A stretch of DNA of 64,000 bases from Squalus acanthias (Eukaryota), in NCBI GenBank assembly GCA_030390025.1, contig CM059431.1, positions 111,416,001 through 111,480,000 on the forward strand, in the 5' to 3' direction. A model generated the notes under the pieces. It worked only from the letters and a program-made list of their open reading frames with translations. It did not search any database and was not told where the DNA came from. The translations under genes were made by a program, and so were the position numbers. Positions 36,275-50,249 of this stretch are shown piece after piece (within the stretch, counting starts at the first letter, position 1; the number at the start of each line of letters is the position of its first letter).

Positions 36275-37742
36275 GGCCTAGAAATTCGATTAAGCCCAAA
36301 AAACAGGCGGTGCCACCAGGGGCCAAGGTTAACGCCCGCCCGCAAAAAGAGCGTAGGCAGCACCTGTATTTTGTTGAGCGGAGCGCAGGATCTCCCGTGC
36401 AACACGCTCTTCCAGCGCTAACATCAGCAGGAGGTCGAAGGTCGCGTCTAAAGGATCAGTGCGGCGTTCTCAGGCAGTCACTTATTAACAGTGCTGTTTG
36501 GTGGCAGTTCCTGGGTTTTGCTGGGTCAGGAGGTATTGAGTCCGCTGATGGCCCTTGTAGGGTTGGAGCATTGTCCGTTGTGGCACATTAGGAGGCATTT
36601 GTTTGTCCACGGCTCCCCTCTTACTTTCTTGGACATTTGTCTGGGTCTTGTGTGGGGTCCACAAATAGGTACCAGACTGCCTGGTTCTCTCTTAGGCAGT
36701 GCTCCCACCTTCGCTGGCTGCCATAGGTCCACAGATGCTTCGCCCAGATGTTTGCTGTGCAGTGGTTTGTGCTCCACCATGGTGCTGGAGGGGGAGGGGG
36801 AGGCGGATGGGGATGCACCATCTTCCAGCCAGCAGTGACAGTGCACTAGCCTGCTTATCGCATAGGTGATTCCCTGCCGGGTGAGTGGGTCTTCAAGCAT
36901 AGGCTCAGATCTGGAGGAACTGTGACTGTAAACACCACATAAATGCTGTGGCACAGATGTCGTTAAGCCATTGCATGAGAAATCAATTGCAATAATTTTT
37001 TTTAAAAGGGGAACATGAACCTCTTGGTCATGAGATTACTGGTGGAAACCGTGCAGAAGAGAGTTCAATTAAATTTTTAACAACAGACTTTTGAAGAACT
37101 CTTGGTGAGAATATGGTGTTAAATCTTCCTTAATTCCTGGCCTTCTAAAAACAGACTTCAAAACTTTGCATATTATTTTATTAGTTCCTAAACTAGAAAA
37201 TACAATTTATAAAATTTAAGGAAATGCAGCTTTGATTTTTTCCTGAGATTCTTACAACTGTAGTACAGTTATAGTTTATTTTAAAAAGTATTTATCTCCT
37301 GTAATGTTTGACTGACCAAGGGGGAAATTTGATGCATCTCATTGGAAGCAGTTTTCACTCCAATTTCATATCTGAGCTCTCCATAGTTACCAGTTATCTC
37401 AGCAGCTCTTTACTGTACGGTTTATAGCTCACCGCCGCTTTCTACCGACTCTACGTGCTGTCAATTTCTGCACGTACGGGCGTGCTTTGGAGAGAGCGTT
37501 AAGAGGAGCAGCGACGTTCAAAATCGATGAGCGTGCGTCAATTCGGTGTTGCGCGCCGATTGACATCACGCTCCTGGTTATTAAAATACTTGTGGCGAGC
37601 GCTGGCAACGGCAGCACTGCCAATCTGCCTAATATGGCGGCCACTGCGTTCCGCGCCGGAAGTGAGCCGAAGCGAGGCGGCCGCCATTTTTTCTTCAAAA
37701 CCGGCCTTAACAACTGCCGCTAAAAGTTCAAATTTCTAGGCC
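36275..37742. mobile_element. Harbinger-like non-autonomous element
   Basis: TIRs GGCCTAGAAATT / AATTTCTAGGCC with GC-rich subterminal regions; TSD not clean. Confidence 0.65.
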
Positions 37743-38061
37743 TACAAATCTTACTAGATACTCAGTCCTGAATATACCATCACACCAGCAGCAAAATTGA
37801 CTCGGTCTCTTCTGCTCCCTTTCTTTTCCCTACTAGCATAGATAATACAGCTTGACAATGTTCCATGAATTTCACTTTGGATAGAGAATGTGATGGTAGG
37901 GAGATGGGAAGTGTATGAGTAAATTTTTTGCATCTGTTTTGTACAATTTTAAGCTGCAAGGCCACATTTGCAATGTTTGTATGTGCGTGTGTTTCCTCTT
38001 TTTGTAGTCTGCTGGGCCATTAGTTATGCCTCATTAAAATTGGTTTATCTGATTAACTCAC

Positions 38062-38132
38062 AAGAGCTGCTCCTGCAATGGCCCTACGGACTGAAAATTG
38101 TTTGTTTGCTTGGCGATGCGTGCTTGTTATGC
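38062..38132 (-). CDS. Candidate internal exon (C)ITSTHRQANKQFSVRRAIAGAAL (phase 1 to 0)
   Basis: Acceptor CATTCTCCTTCAG, donor CTT|GTGAGT; only this frame is open. Confidence 0.65.
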
Positions 38133-38309
38133 CTGAAGGAGAATGTGCCTATCCTCCCTGTTAGGCTTTCTGCGCATTGTAACTGCTCAAAAAACATCCT
38201 TCTTTTAAAGTCACACCACGTGTACAATGAGATGCAAGATATGGGTCCTGTCTCCATTATTTCATATAGAGCACTCCTTGCACAGATGCACAGATGTTGA
38301 CATTATTTA

Positions 38310-38828
38310 AAGAAAAAAAGATTTGCATTTATATAGCGCCTTTCACGACCTCAGGATGTCCCAAAGTTCTTTACAGCCAACACAGCGGGAAACCGGTGGG
38401 CGACCTGCCAAATCCAAAAAGCTGGGGAAAAAAGCATTGATTAGTGGTTGTAAAGAAGCCACTAATGATTTGAATTGCCTCCCCCCGCCGCTGCGTGTCG
38501 GGTCTGCTCAGCGCTGACAGACCCGACATTTGGTAAAGGCGCGTGGTGGCAGGTCCCAGGGGGGGTCCCGACCCGCTGGGGGAAAAGAACACTTTACCAC
38601 CCGACCCGCCACCGATCGCGCCCGCTGACACCCCACCCCCCCCCCCACCCCGCAAAATCCAGCCCCTGGTCACTGTTGTAATATAGGAAATGCACCCGCC
38701 AATTTGCAGTAATTAAATAAACGACCAGATCGTCTGTTTGAGGTGTTAGTTGCGGGATAAATTTTGGTCAGGACAACATTCTGACTCAGAGGCGAGCGTG
38801 CGTGCTACCAGTGAGCCAAGGCTGACAG
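38310..38828 (-). mobile_element. Deu-domain SINE remnant interrupted by a MITE half (~38380-38666)
   Basis: SINE tail at 38310-38380 resumes near 38669; the insert ends GCAAAATCCAGCCC and resembles the left arm of 14712-16450. Confidence 0.65.
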
Positions 38829-41189
38829 CTAAATAATGTCTTGTAAGCAATGAAGCCTTCTCTCTGAGGAATGAACTCAGGCCCTTCAGATTATGTGACT
38901 GAAACATTATACTGCATTTCAAAAGATTAGATACATGTTATTATTGAATGGGCACGACGTTGCAGAATGCAACGTGTTACAAAATAATAAGATGGGTTCT
39001 GGCCTATGATTCCCCATAGCCCGAGTGTCCATTTCTTTACGCTTGTCTGCGAAGCATCTTGGGTCATTTGTTTACATTAAAGGTGAAATATAAATGCCAA
39101 TTGTTGTTGTGCTTATTGTGTGAACAGGCACCAAGCAGACTGGGATACTTTCAAATTAATGGATATTGAGGAGCATTGGCCATGGCCTAAGACAAGTTCT
39201 CCAAACTGTCCTCACAGCTACATGGACTGGGAAGACTCAAGGAGAGAAGAGCAAAAATAAATTGACCAAACTAAACATTGCTCAGAGAGTTCCCCAGATA
39301 AGCTTAACTAAGAATATACTGCTGTTATGGAGATAAAAGAGGCACAAGTATGCTAATGCAGGGGAAATATGATGTGCTATGGCTATATCGTTAAATAACT
39401 ATAATAAGAGTAATAGAAAAGCACTGTGATTATTTCCACAGCGTTCTGGTCCCTCTGTGCATGCCCCCCATTTGGTACTGCGCATGCACACTCGGGGACC
39501 AATCTCCAAGGGGACCAATCAGAAATCTGATCTTGTCCTCTAAGGGGACCAATCAGAAATCTGGTGTTGCAAATAGACACGACCTAGAAACAGTGGCCTA
39601 GAAAGTCGGCCGTGCAGCACCAGTTTTTGGCTGCCAAATTATCACCTATGCCTCCAATATGATGTCAGACAGCGCATGCACATTACGAGCCGGAAGTGCA
39701 CCACCCGCCATATTGGCAAGTGCCCCCCCCCCCAAAAGGCTCACACCTGAAACAGGTGTTACGCTCTTTGCATATGCAAATAAGGGGCTTCATGCCTGTT
39801 TGAGAGCCCCATTCAATGCCCTAAAACAGCCGGCGCTAGCTGCACTCAGGAAAACCAGGTCTACATGTGACCAACGTGGCAGTCTGTAGGAGGACCACTA
39901 CAAGCCAAAACCACTAAGGTGCGATTTTAAAATATACGTCCTGAATGTGAAGCCGGGAAGAGCAGGAGTGCTCCTCCCGACCCCACATTCAAAGAACGCA
40001 GGCCATTGTCTGCCACAACTATATCATCTTGGAGCCACCTTGATCCTAAAAGCCCCTGCCTATCTACCACCTCCTCCAAAGAGGATAGTCACCAGTTGTT
40101 TATTACTCAACTGACAACCACGGGTTTGAGGCCTCACTCAATGGACAGCAGGTTGCATATGAAGGAGCCTTGAATGATTGAAGACATGCCACACAGTGCC
40201 GCTCACACCAGAGCCAGACAGCCCAGATTATTATGTCACCGACCATATCTGCAGGTCCTGGGACACCCACCGAGCAATGGCCAAGGGCAACTGCCTCTGC
40301 AGGTTCTAAGTCTGGTAGTGGCAGAACTATGCCAACTGCTGTAAGGACATCTGCTGACAACTTCCACCACAGGGACAGCAGTGGCAGTTGAGGCCACCAG
40401 AACAATGAAGACAGAACAAGCCCCTTGAAGTTTTACCAGCCCTCAGAACCCTTCCCCCCACCACGGTGCTACCAAATCCCAACCTCCTCCCAATTCTTGT
40501 CAGCCCCCAGATGCTGCCAACCCCCTGAATGCTTCCATGACCTTAGCATGCTACACACCTTTGACATCCAAAGAGTCCTAACCATTTGAGAACATGGAGA
40601 AGGAGACTCATCTGCAGCCAAGTGCAGAGCAGGACATTGGCAGTGACCTGCAGATACTTCCATTGAACATCGAAACAGGCAGCAAGAGTAGTAGAGTTGC
40701 TGTTATAGATTAGACCTTCACCTAAGTTAGGAGCCTTCAACTTTTGGCCAACCTATCAGCCAGTCTGCAATGGCAGCGATTGGAAATGAGGAAAATAAAC
40801 TGACCACGCAAAATTATGTTAGGTCAGCTGTGCCTGTCACTCTTGTGGGATGAGCATGATGTGCATGGTCACACTGGGACTGCAAAAGAACTGTATAATG
40901 TGTTTTGAAGAGTAACCTTTTTTTCTCTAACGCCAGATCATAGGGCTTTCCTTGAAATGTTGGCAAAACTCTTCATGATTGATCAAGGTAAATTTTCGTC
41001 AATATTTTAATTGGTGGAAAATTGTGGGGTCCGTGCACCTAGGTGAAACTTTGTGCTAAAGATGAAAATTTGCCCCAGGCAAATTTGCCCTGAAGGCATT
41101 TTGAATTCAGCTTGCCTACAATAGTCATAGCTCCCCACAAAGTAAAGATTCTACCATACCGTAGAAGTATTGTTTAATATAAAACATAC

Positions 41190-41247
41190 AGGTCTTGAGG
41201 TACTTAGCCCTAGTTCCTCTTGGGAGAACAATCAAAGCCTTTGGTTT
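41190..41247 (-). CDS. Candidate internal exon KPKALIVLPRGTRAKYLKT (phase 0 to 1)
   Basis: Acceptor CTTTAATCTTTTCCTAATAG, donor CCT|GTATGT; bridges the phases of the 52-kb and 38-kb exons. Confidence 0.6.
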
Positions 41248-41291
41248 CTATTAGGAAAAGATTAAAGTTGGCTCTAAATGTGTGAAGTCTC

Positions 41292-42368
41292 AACAACAGC
41301 AACAATAACTTATATTTATATAGCGCATTTATGTAGCAAAATATCCCAAGGCGCTTAACAAAATTGATTTCAATAAAAACATTTTTGACACCGAGCCACA
41401 GAAGGAGATATCAGGACAGACGACCAAATGCTTGGTCAAAGAGGTAGGTTTTAAGTAGCATCTTAAAGGAGGAGGGAGAGGTAGAGAGGCGGTGAGGTTT
41501 AAGAAGGGAATTCCAGAGCTTAGGGCCCAGGCAGCTGAAGGCACGGCTGCCAATGGTGGAGATTTTAAAATCGGGGATGCACAAGAGGCCAGAATTGGAG
41601 GAGCGCAGAGATCTCGAAGGCTTGTAGTGCTGGAGGAGGTTACAGAGATAGGGAGGGGCGAGAGGCCATGAAGGGATTTGAAAACAAGGATGAGGATTTT
41701 AAAATTGAGGCATTGTCGGACTGGGAGCCAGTGTAGGTCAGCAAGCACCGGGGTGATGAGTGAACAAGACTCGGTGCGAGTTAAGATATGTGCAGCAGAT
41801 TTTTGGATGAGCACAAGTTTATGTAGGGTGGAAGTTGGGAGGCCGGCAGGAGAGCATTGGAATAGTCAAGTCTAGAGGTAAAAAAGGCATGGATGAGGGC
41901 TTTGGCAGCAGATGAGCTGAGGCAGGGTTGGAATCGGGCGATATTATGGAGGTGGAGGTAGGCAGTCTTGGTGTTGGAGCGGATATGTGGTCAGAAGCTT
42001 ATCTCGGGGTCAAACACAACACCAAGGTTGCGAACGGTCTGGCTCAGCTTCAGACAGTTGCCAGGGATGGAAACGATGGCCAGGTAATGGGGTTTGTGGC
42101 GGGGACCAAAGACAATGGCTTCAGACTTCCCAATATTTAGTTGGAGGAAATTTCTGCTCGTCCAGTACTGGATGTCGGACAAGCAGTCTGACAAATCAGA
42201 GACAGTGGAGGGGTCAGCAGAGGTGGTGGTGAGATAGAGCTGAATGTCGTCAGCGTACATGTGGAACCTGATGTGTTTTGGATGATATCGCCGAGGGGCA
42301 GCATGCAGATGAGAAATAGAAGGGGGTCAAGGATTGATCCTTCGAGGACTCCAGAGGTAACAGTGCGA
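41292..42368 (-). mobile_element. L2 LINE fragment
   Basis: YADDIQLY (41991-42260), LHWLPVRQ...FKILILVFK and a (TTG)n tail. Confidence 0.9.
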
Positions 42369-42591
42369 TCACTTAAAACTTTGTGAGATGGAATGCTTTA
42401 CCTATGTGCTAAATCATGAAAGAAAATGAATACCATGTGTGGCTTGGAAAATGGAAAAAAGTAATATATATTACAAACTTAAAGTTAACCTGATGTGCAT
42501 ATCACCTAGGGGATATAAAGTAAAAATGCATAGAATCTGCTAATGCATTCATATGAAATGTCTTTAACCACTATTTTAAGGAAAAGATAGC

Positions 42592-43935
42592 TGGAAAATT
42601 GCCCAGGTATGTCCTGTCCACAAAAAGCAGGACAAATCCAATCTGGCCAATTACCGCCCCATTAGTCTACTCTCAATCATCAGCAAAGTGATGGAAGGCA
42701 GCACTTACTCAACAAACAACCTGCTTACCGATGCTCAGTTTGGATTCTGCCAGAACTCAGCTCCAGACCTCATTATAGCCTTGGTCCAAACATGGACAAA
42801 AGAGCTGTATTCCAGAAGAGTGACTGCCCTTGACTGCATTTGACCGAGTATGGCATCAAGGAGCCGTAGTAAAACTGAAGTCAATGGGAGTCAAGGGGAA
42901 AATTCTCCACTAGCTGGAGTCATACCTAGCACAAAGGAAGATGGTTGTGGTTGTTGGAGGCCAATCATCTCAGCCCCCGGACAATACTGCAGGAGTTCCT
43001 CAGGGCAGTGTTCTTGGCCCAACCATCTTCAGCTGCTTCATCAATGACCTTATCTCCATGATAAGGTCAGAAGTGGGGAAGTTCGCTGATGATTGCACAG
43101 TGTTCAGTTCCATTCGCAGCTCCTCATATAATGAAGCAGTTCATGCCCGCATGCAGCAAGACCTGGACAACATTCAGGCTTGGGTTGATAACTGGCAAGT
43201 AACATTCGCGCCACACAAGTGCCAGATAATCACCATCTCCAACAAGAGAGAGTCTAGCCACTGCCCTTTGACATTCAATGGCATTACCGAATCCCCCATC
43301 ATCAACATCCTGGGGGTCACCATTGACCAGAAACTTAACTGGACCAGCCACATAAATACTGTGGCTACAAGAGCAGGTCAGAGGCTGGGTATTCTGCGGC
43401 GAGTGTCTACAAGGCACAAGTCAGGAGTGTGATGGTATACTCTCCATTTGCCTAGATGAGTGCAGCTCCAACAACACTCAAGAAGCTTGACACCATCCAG
43501 GACAAAGCAGCCCGCTTGATTGGCACCCTATCCACCACCTTAAAAATTCACTCCCTCCACCACCAGCACACCGTGGCTGCAGTGTGTACCATCTACAAGA
43601 TGCACTGCAGCAACTCGCCAAGGCTTCTTCGGCAGCACCTCCCAAACCCACAACCTCTTCCACCTAGAAGGACAAGAGCAGCAGGCGCATGGGAACACCA
43701 CCACCTCCAAGTTCCCCATCAAGTCACACAGCATCCTGACTTGGAAATATATCAGCGTTCCTTCATCGTCGCTGGGTCAAAATCATAGAACTCCCTCCCT
43801 AACAGCACTGTGGGAGTACCTTCCACATGAACTGCAGCAGTCAAGGAAGGCGGCTCACCACCACCTTCTCAAGGGCAATTAGGGATGGGCAATAAATGGG
43901 GGCCTTGCCAGCGACGCCCACATCCCATTAATTAA
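42592..43935 (+). mobile_element. CR1 LINE fragment, same family as 32698-34880
   Basis: PQGSVLGP and FADD in ORF 42941-43432; 3' end present. Confidence 0.92.
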
Positions 43936-45074
43936 TTTTTTAAACTTTGAGGGTAGGGAGGAAATATGGGGTGAGGGGGAACTGCGAGTGGGAAGGGGGA
44001 GGAAATGTTGGAGAGAGGAGGGGAATGTCAGGAAACTTGCCTGCTTGTCTCTGTCAACACCACTGGTGGCTGACCATGAGGAGGTCCATGAGACAGTTCT
44101 GTTTCTGCTTTTCTCTGCTCCCATGGAGCGTGCTTGACTGTTCAGTGCCTCCCCTCAAATCTGGCAATTCCTTTAACTGTATGGCTCAGTACCAAACCAC
44201 ATGGTGCATTTATCCACTGACCCATGTTTGGTGTCATAGCAAATGCTAGCTGAAACCACCAAGCAAGTACAATATGTTGTGCTAGACAGTTCAATAAGTT
44301 AGTCCAACAAAGAATGGTGTAAAAATCAGCGAACAAAAGCATGTTTTTGATTGCTGAAAGCAAGAGAAAAAAACAAAGAGACAGAGACAGTTGGCAACAG
44401 AATTTGATGTAAATTAACAATTAGCATGAGCTCAGCTGTAGAATATAAATATGAACAGTTAACATTAGCAAGTCTTAAGAAAAGTGATAAATGAAGGGAT
44501 CAGTAATCTGAACTGGCTAAGCTTTGTGACTGGCTGCACTAAAACTATGCCAAATACGTGACCCGTGATCTACAAAAATAAAAACCAGTGTGCATTAGAA
44601 ATGAAAATTTTCTGTCGGTAATTAATGGCTTCAGAATTTTTGTATAAAATGTAATGGATTTTTTCAGAGCAAATGATGTTGATTGAATAAATTACTTGAA
44701 AACAAGCATTCCAGTTCTTATGGACGATTCCCGTCCAATGTGATTTTTTCAGATGTAATTTTTACATCTGGTGCAAACAGACTGTTAAGAGAGAGAAAGA
44801 CAGCCCAGCAGATTTACTTTCTTAGAGCACCTTAGCACATCTCTCAGGAATCTTTCAAAGTGCTTCATGTACAATTAATTACTTCGAAATGCAGTGACTG
44901 TTGTTATGTGGGCAAACTGCTCAAACATCACCAATTAAACCAATAATGCAAATTTTAAAGAGTCACTTTTCTTCAGATCACCCAAATGATCCAGCCACCT
45001 TAACAAGACTTCACAAAATTTATATCTCATGTGGATGAGACCAGCCAATTTATTTGTTCTCCGTGTATGCGCAC

Positions 45075-45169
45075 CATCATCTAAAATAGGTCCATATCAT
45101 CATCTAAAATAGGTCCATATCATCATCTAAAATAGGTCCATATCATCATCTAAAATAGGTCCATATCAT
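45075..45169. repeat. Perfect 23-bp tandem repeat, 4 copies
   Basis: (CATCATCTAAAATAGGTCCATAT)x4. Confidence 0.95.
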
Positions 45170-46339
45170 TGTGAAACCAGCAGAATTGTGCGGAACATCT
45201 ACTCTGGGCATTTCCTCGGGGATTCTACCCATAACTTCAGTGGAAGATCGGCGAAAACCCCATTGTGTATGCTGGGTCAGGGAAACCCACGAGGAGATTG
45301 CTGGCACTAAAGTTTGATCAACTTGCGCTCATTTCAATTTTTGGTTTCGGCACTCATTATTTTATCATTTATCAAAATTCTATTCTATGATAGCTCAATC
45401 CTATCGTTACCCGTCATTCAGCCAAACACATTCCAGCAGGGATCACGAGATACCAATCAGCAGCTGGAAGCTTGGAACTTTCTCACACCTCAACGCCAGA
45501 CTCTGAGGATGATTGTACAGTATCATCCCTTCCAAACCGCCCTGGCTAAGATCAGCAAACTCATCACAGATCAGGGATCAAACCTTGCACCTTCCTGGTC
45601 TGTACGGCTCGGTTCAATACTGAGCAGTGCATTTACCAACTAACCCACTGGTGAGGCTAAAAATGTATAAGGCAAATTTCTACAAGGGTTCCCCAATTGC
45701 CGGCCGTGACTTCAGTGGGAGATCAATGGAAACCCCGGAGAAATGGTATAAACGGCCGTTACAGCAGGAGTTAGGAAGAAACCTTATGGAAATTCCAGGT
45801 GCATGTCTCTAATTAAGTGTGCCTAAAAATATGCCTTTAACTGGACCACTGTACTGTGTCATTTCAAGGAGTTCCACTGGCTCCACACATTATATGTATT
45901 AACTTTATATATCGTTGTGCATTAGTTCACATCTGGTAGGTTCACAGAATCTTTCCAATAAAACACACATTGATGTAAACCACTTGGACTCTGATGAATA
46001 GTGAGGCTTGGGAACTAACTAAAACTCAACAGCAACAAATTAAAGGCACCTTCCCTCCGCTCCCCCCCCCCACCCCCGCCCCCCCCCGCCCCCCCCCCCC
46101 CCCCCCGCCCCAGCTTGAGCAGCCATAAAGAATTCTGTAGGGAAAATGATCAGATTGGAGCAATATTCTTACGAACTAGCCTGCTGCTAAGAAAGCGCAA
46201 AGATCAATTTATTGTTGATGAAAAGCAGGTAATGAAAATATAGGGTAACATCTCACAGGGAGTTAGTGCCAATACAAAGAAATAGTGCAAATGAGTTGTA
46301 GGGAATATTCTAGCAATGATGCATACCTCTTTTAGTAGA

Positions 46340-46762
46340 ATGGATCTATACTCTTTGGAGTTTAGAAGAATGAGAGGTGATCTCATTGAAACATGTAAGA
46401 TTCTGAGAGGGCTTGACAGGGTAGATGCTGAGAGGCTGTTTCCCCTGGCTGAAGAGTCTAGAACTAGGGGTCACAGTCTCAGGATAAGGGGTCGGCCATT
46501 TAGGACTGAGATGAGGAGGAATTTCTTCACTTAGAGGGTGGTGAATCTTTGGACTTCTCTACCCCTGAGGGCTGTGGATGCTGAGTCATTGAGTATATTC
46601 AAGGCAGAGATCGATAGATTTTTGGATTCATGGGGAATCAAGAGATATGGGGATCGGGCGGGAAAGTGGAGTTGAGGTTGAAGATCAGCCATGACCTTAT
46701 TGAATGGCGGAGCAGGCTCGAGGGGCCGCATGGCCTACTCCTGCTCCTATTTCTTATGTTCT
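46340..46762 (+). mobile_element. CR1 3' fragment
   Basis: LYSLEFRRMRGDLIET motif, 3' hairpin and tail. Confidence 0.9.
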
Positions 46763-47230
46763 CTGATCTTGAAGCATCCAAGGACAAGGGTTTGAATAAA
46801 ACATAATAAAGTACATTCTGGGCAGATTAACAACTTGGTGTATGATCAGAAATAGCAGTTATGTGTAAATCCGTTTATATACCATCTATCGGAGCTGGAT
46901 GCCATGATTCAATTTCTGGAAAGAAGCAGTGAAAAATATTCGGTCTCAGGATAATTCTTATGTTAACTTGTGTCAACTCAAACAACCTGCTGGGGTACAC
47001 TTGAGCACCACATGCAATTTCAGAGCTGATCTGCGCGAGTTGTCCAAATACAGCGGCTCAGACAAGAGGTCCTAATGCCAACGTGTACTTGGGTGCAGTA
47101 TCAGTAACTAATATTTAATGATGTTTGAATCAGAAAAGTTAGCTGTCAACTTCAGATATTTTTGAGTAGACGGCAGCTAGTTTTTTTATTTGCATTTAAG
47201 TTTAGATGTGAAAGCTTGAAAATATGTAAT

Positions 47231-47645
47231 ACATAGGATTACATCGGATATACGGCACAGAAACAGGCCATTCGACCCAACCAGTCCATGCCGGCGTTTA
47301 TGCTCCACTCGAGCCTCCTCCCGTCTTTCCTCATCTAACTCTATCAGCATAACCTTCTATTCCCTTCTCCCTCATATGCTTGTCTAGCCTCCCCTTAAAT
47401 GCATCTATACTATTCGCTTCAACCACTCCCTGTGATAGCGAGTTCCACATTCTCACCACTCTCTGGGTAAAGAAGTTTCTTCTGAATTCCCTATTAGATT
47501 TCTTGGTGACTATCTTATGTTGATGGCCTCTAGTTTTGCTCTTCCCCACAAGTGGAAACACTCTCTCTGTATCCACTCTATCAAAATACTTTCATAATTT
47601 TAAAGACCTCCATTAGGTCACCCCCTCAGCCTTCTCTTTTCAAGA
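47231..47645 (-). mobile_element. CR1 3' fragment
   Basis: ORF 47331-47576: TRGH...RRNFFTQRVVRMWNSL. Confidence 0.88.
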
Positions 47646-49329
47646 TAATAATGATACCAAAGGCACTGTGGCATGAATTTCTTCAGGGCCTTGGTGCAAT
47701 GCAAGAGGAAAGAGGGGGGGAAGGGGCTGGATGCAGCAGCAAAATCAGGATGGACCTGGAAATTCCGGGTCTCCGCCCTGAAGATTCATAGGAGGGGAAT
47801 TCTCGCTGGAACCTGGGGCGGGCAGAAGTTCTGACCACCCCATAGAAGGCCCGTATAATTAGAAGGAGGTGGGGCTGGTGGGATGGTTTTCCCCGTCGCA
47901 ATTCCCACAGCTCCTGCCTCCTGTGCACCCAATAAAAGGGTCCATTGAGGGGCAAAGTACAGGGGTCACCAGGCTGGGGTCATGGACTGGATGACCCCAG
48001 AAGATAGCTGCATTATTGTTTTAAGTCGGCCCTCTTAAAGTGATTTGCCAATGTCAATAATGTTATCAAGAATTAAACTGCTTTATAAAATAATGATTTT
48101 TGGTGAAATAATAAAATGCTATTGAGCTGAATAATCTGGACAAACGCATGGTAGGTCTTGGGTTCACGTCCGCAATTCCACACACATTCTTGTCAGATGC
48201 AAACTGTGTCGCAATGTAGCCAAGCATTTTTCCAACAGCGAAGGAAGGAGATTCAGACAGCCAGTCATCTCAGGCCACCGCTGTGTGCCTCTTGCCAGAA
48301 ACTATAGAACAGCATTAGTTGAGAACTGGGAGTAGGTCTTTATTCTGTCCTCGTAGCCAGGAAAGTTGTGTGACATCAGAGGGTGGGAAAGGAAAATAAA
48401 TCAAACAAGTTTGCCACGGGAAAGGTCATAATAATCTTGACAGTCTAGTTCATTAGTGAGAGTCTGTGGCATCGCATCCTCTAGATAAATCTGTTTCTTA
48501 TAAACTATTGATATCTCTCTCTTGCCCTCTTTCTTCTTTTATATGCCATCTTCTTTCTTGGCATTTCCCATGCCCATCAGCACTTTTAAGTGTGTTACAA
48601 TGGTCCACTTAATTAGTGTGTCACACCCTATTAAATAACAAGAAAAATCTGGATGAAATCAAATGTTAGGTGCTAAATGATTAACAGTCGTGGACTAGCA
48701 GCACCGTATTGTAAGCACGCCTTTGGTGGTGGTACAACATTTTCAGACAAAGCCCTAGTTAAAAGGATAGGAACACATAAATCACATAAAAACATATTCA
48801 TGTTATGAATGAGCATAACATGACAAACCCTTGCAACGTAACTGTAAATTCTGTTCAATGCCACGCCACTGCAGAGCAGGAGTAGTGTAACTGCTGTTTC
48901 ATTTTTGATTTTTTTTGGGCGGGGGGGGGAGGGGGGCTCATTTTTGTGTGAAGGGTGTGGGTGCTGAGAAGCAGATCACAACTAGCACCAGCTGACCAAC
49001 AGCTGCAGAAAGGCAGACAGACCAAAAACAGCCATAAAGAAAGAATGTGCAGCTATACAGCGCCTTTCGCATCCACGGGACATCTCAAAACCCTTCACAG
49101 CTAATATATTACTTTTGAAGCATCAGGCCCGAGCAGGAGTGTGACTCAGAGGGGCGGCCAAAGGCACTGTCAATGTGGCTGGTTTTAAGGAGGATTTTGA
49201 TGGTGGGAAAGAGGTAGGGAGACGAAGAGGCAAGATACAGTTAAAGAGAAAATCAGCAGCTGGGCAAAGACTCTAGCATGAATGACTTAGAGTGAGACTT
49301 TATATCTTGTAATGTATTCTAATTGTCTG

Positions 49330-49760
49330 AGTGTCAGCCGTGGCTCAGTGGTAGCACCCTCGCCTCTGAATCGCAAGGTTGAGAGTTCAGGTCCCACACC
49401 ATTGACTCGAGCACTTAATCTAGGCTAACACTTCAGTGGAGTGCTGCTCTGTCGAATGAGACATTAAACTGAGGCCATGTCTGCTCTCTCAGGTGGATGC
49501 AAGAGATGCCACGGCACTATGTCGAAGAAGAGCAGCGGAGTGTTCCCCAGTGTTCTGGTCAATATTTATCCTTCAACCAACATCACTAAAACAGATTATC
49601 TGGTCATTATCACATCATGGGACCTTGCTGTGCGCAACTTGGTTGTGGCGATTCCTACATTACAGCAGTGACTATGCTTCAAAAGTACTTAATTGGCTAT
49701 AAAATGCTTTGGGACGTCCTGAGGTAATGAAAGGCACTACAGAAATACAAGTTCTTTCTT
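49330..49760 (+). mobile_element. Deu-domain tRNA SINE
   Basis: A/B boxes, Deu block and tail as in the other copies. Confidence 0.8.
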
Positions 49761-50249
49761 TTAATGGTCTTTCACATTTGTCCACGATATCATTGGTAGG
49801 AATACCATCGCATAGTCCTTCTGAAGACAAAGTCTCGTCTCCACACTGAGGGTACCTTCCATCATGCAATACGGAACTATTATTGTGCTAAATGGGACAG
49901 ACTAAGGACAGATCTAGCAGCCCAAAACTCAGCATCCATGAGCCATCGGTAGCAGCAGCATTGTATATCACCACACTCTGACCTAATGGCCTGACAGATC
50001 CCTCTCTCCCCCATCATCATTAATTGGGGAGTCCAACCCTGGCTCAATGGGGCGTGTAGAATAGCATGCCAGAAGATCATCAGGCATACCTTAGTGTAAG
50101 ACCCCATCCTTGTACAACACAGGGATACCTGCATTCTACACACAAAAAGCAGCAGGCTATTGACAGAGTGAAGCGCTCCCACAATCAGAGGATCAGAGCA
50201 AAGCTCTTTAACCCTCGCAAATCCAGCCGAGAATGTTGGAGGATTCCAT

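Noticed and set aside
38062..38090. 29-nt microexon reading SVGPLQEQL
   Set aside because: Its acceptor is pyrimidine-poor; the upstream acceptor at 38133 is better and fits the chain. It remains a possible alternative.
45075..45169. CRISPR-like repeat
   Set aside because: No spacers, no cas genes, vertebrate context.
46050..46112. Poly-C/G tract
   Set aside because: Low-complexity sequence, error-prone in assemblies, with no functional evidence.
46883..46915. 33-nt minus-strand exon candidate (IESWHPAPID)
   Set aside because: Good acceptor but open only in phase 1-1, which does not fit between the 52-kb (ends phase 0) and 41-kb (starts phase 0) exons.
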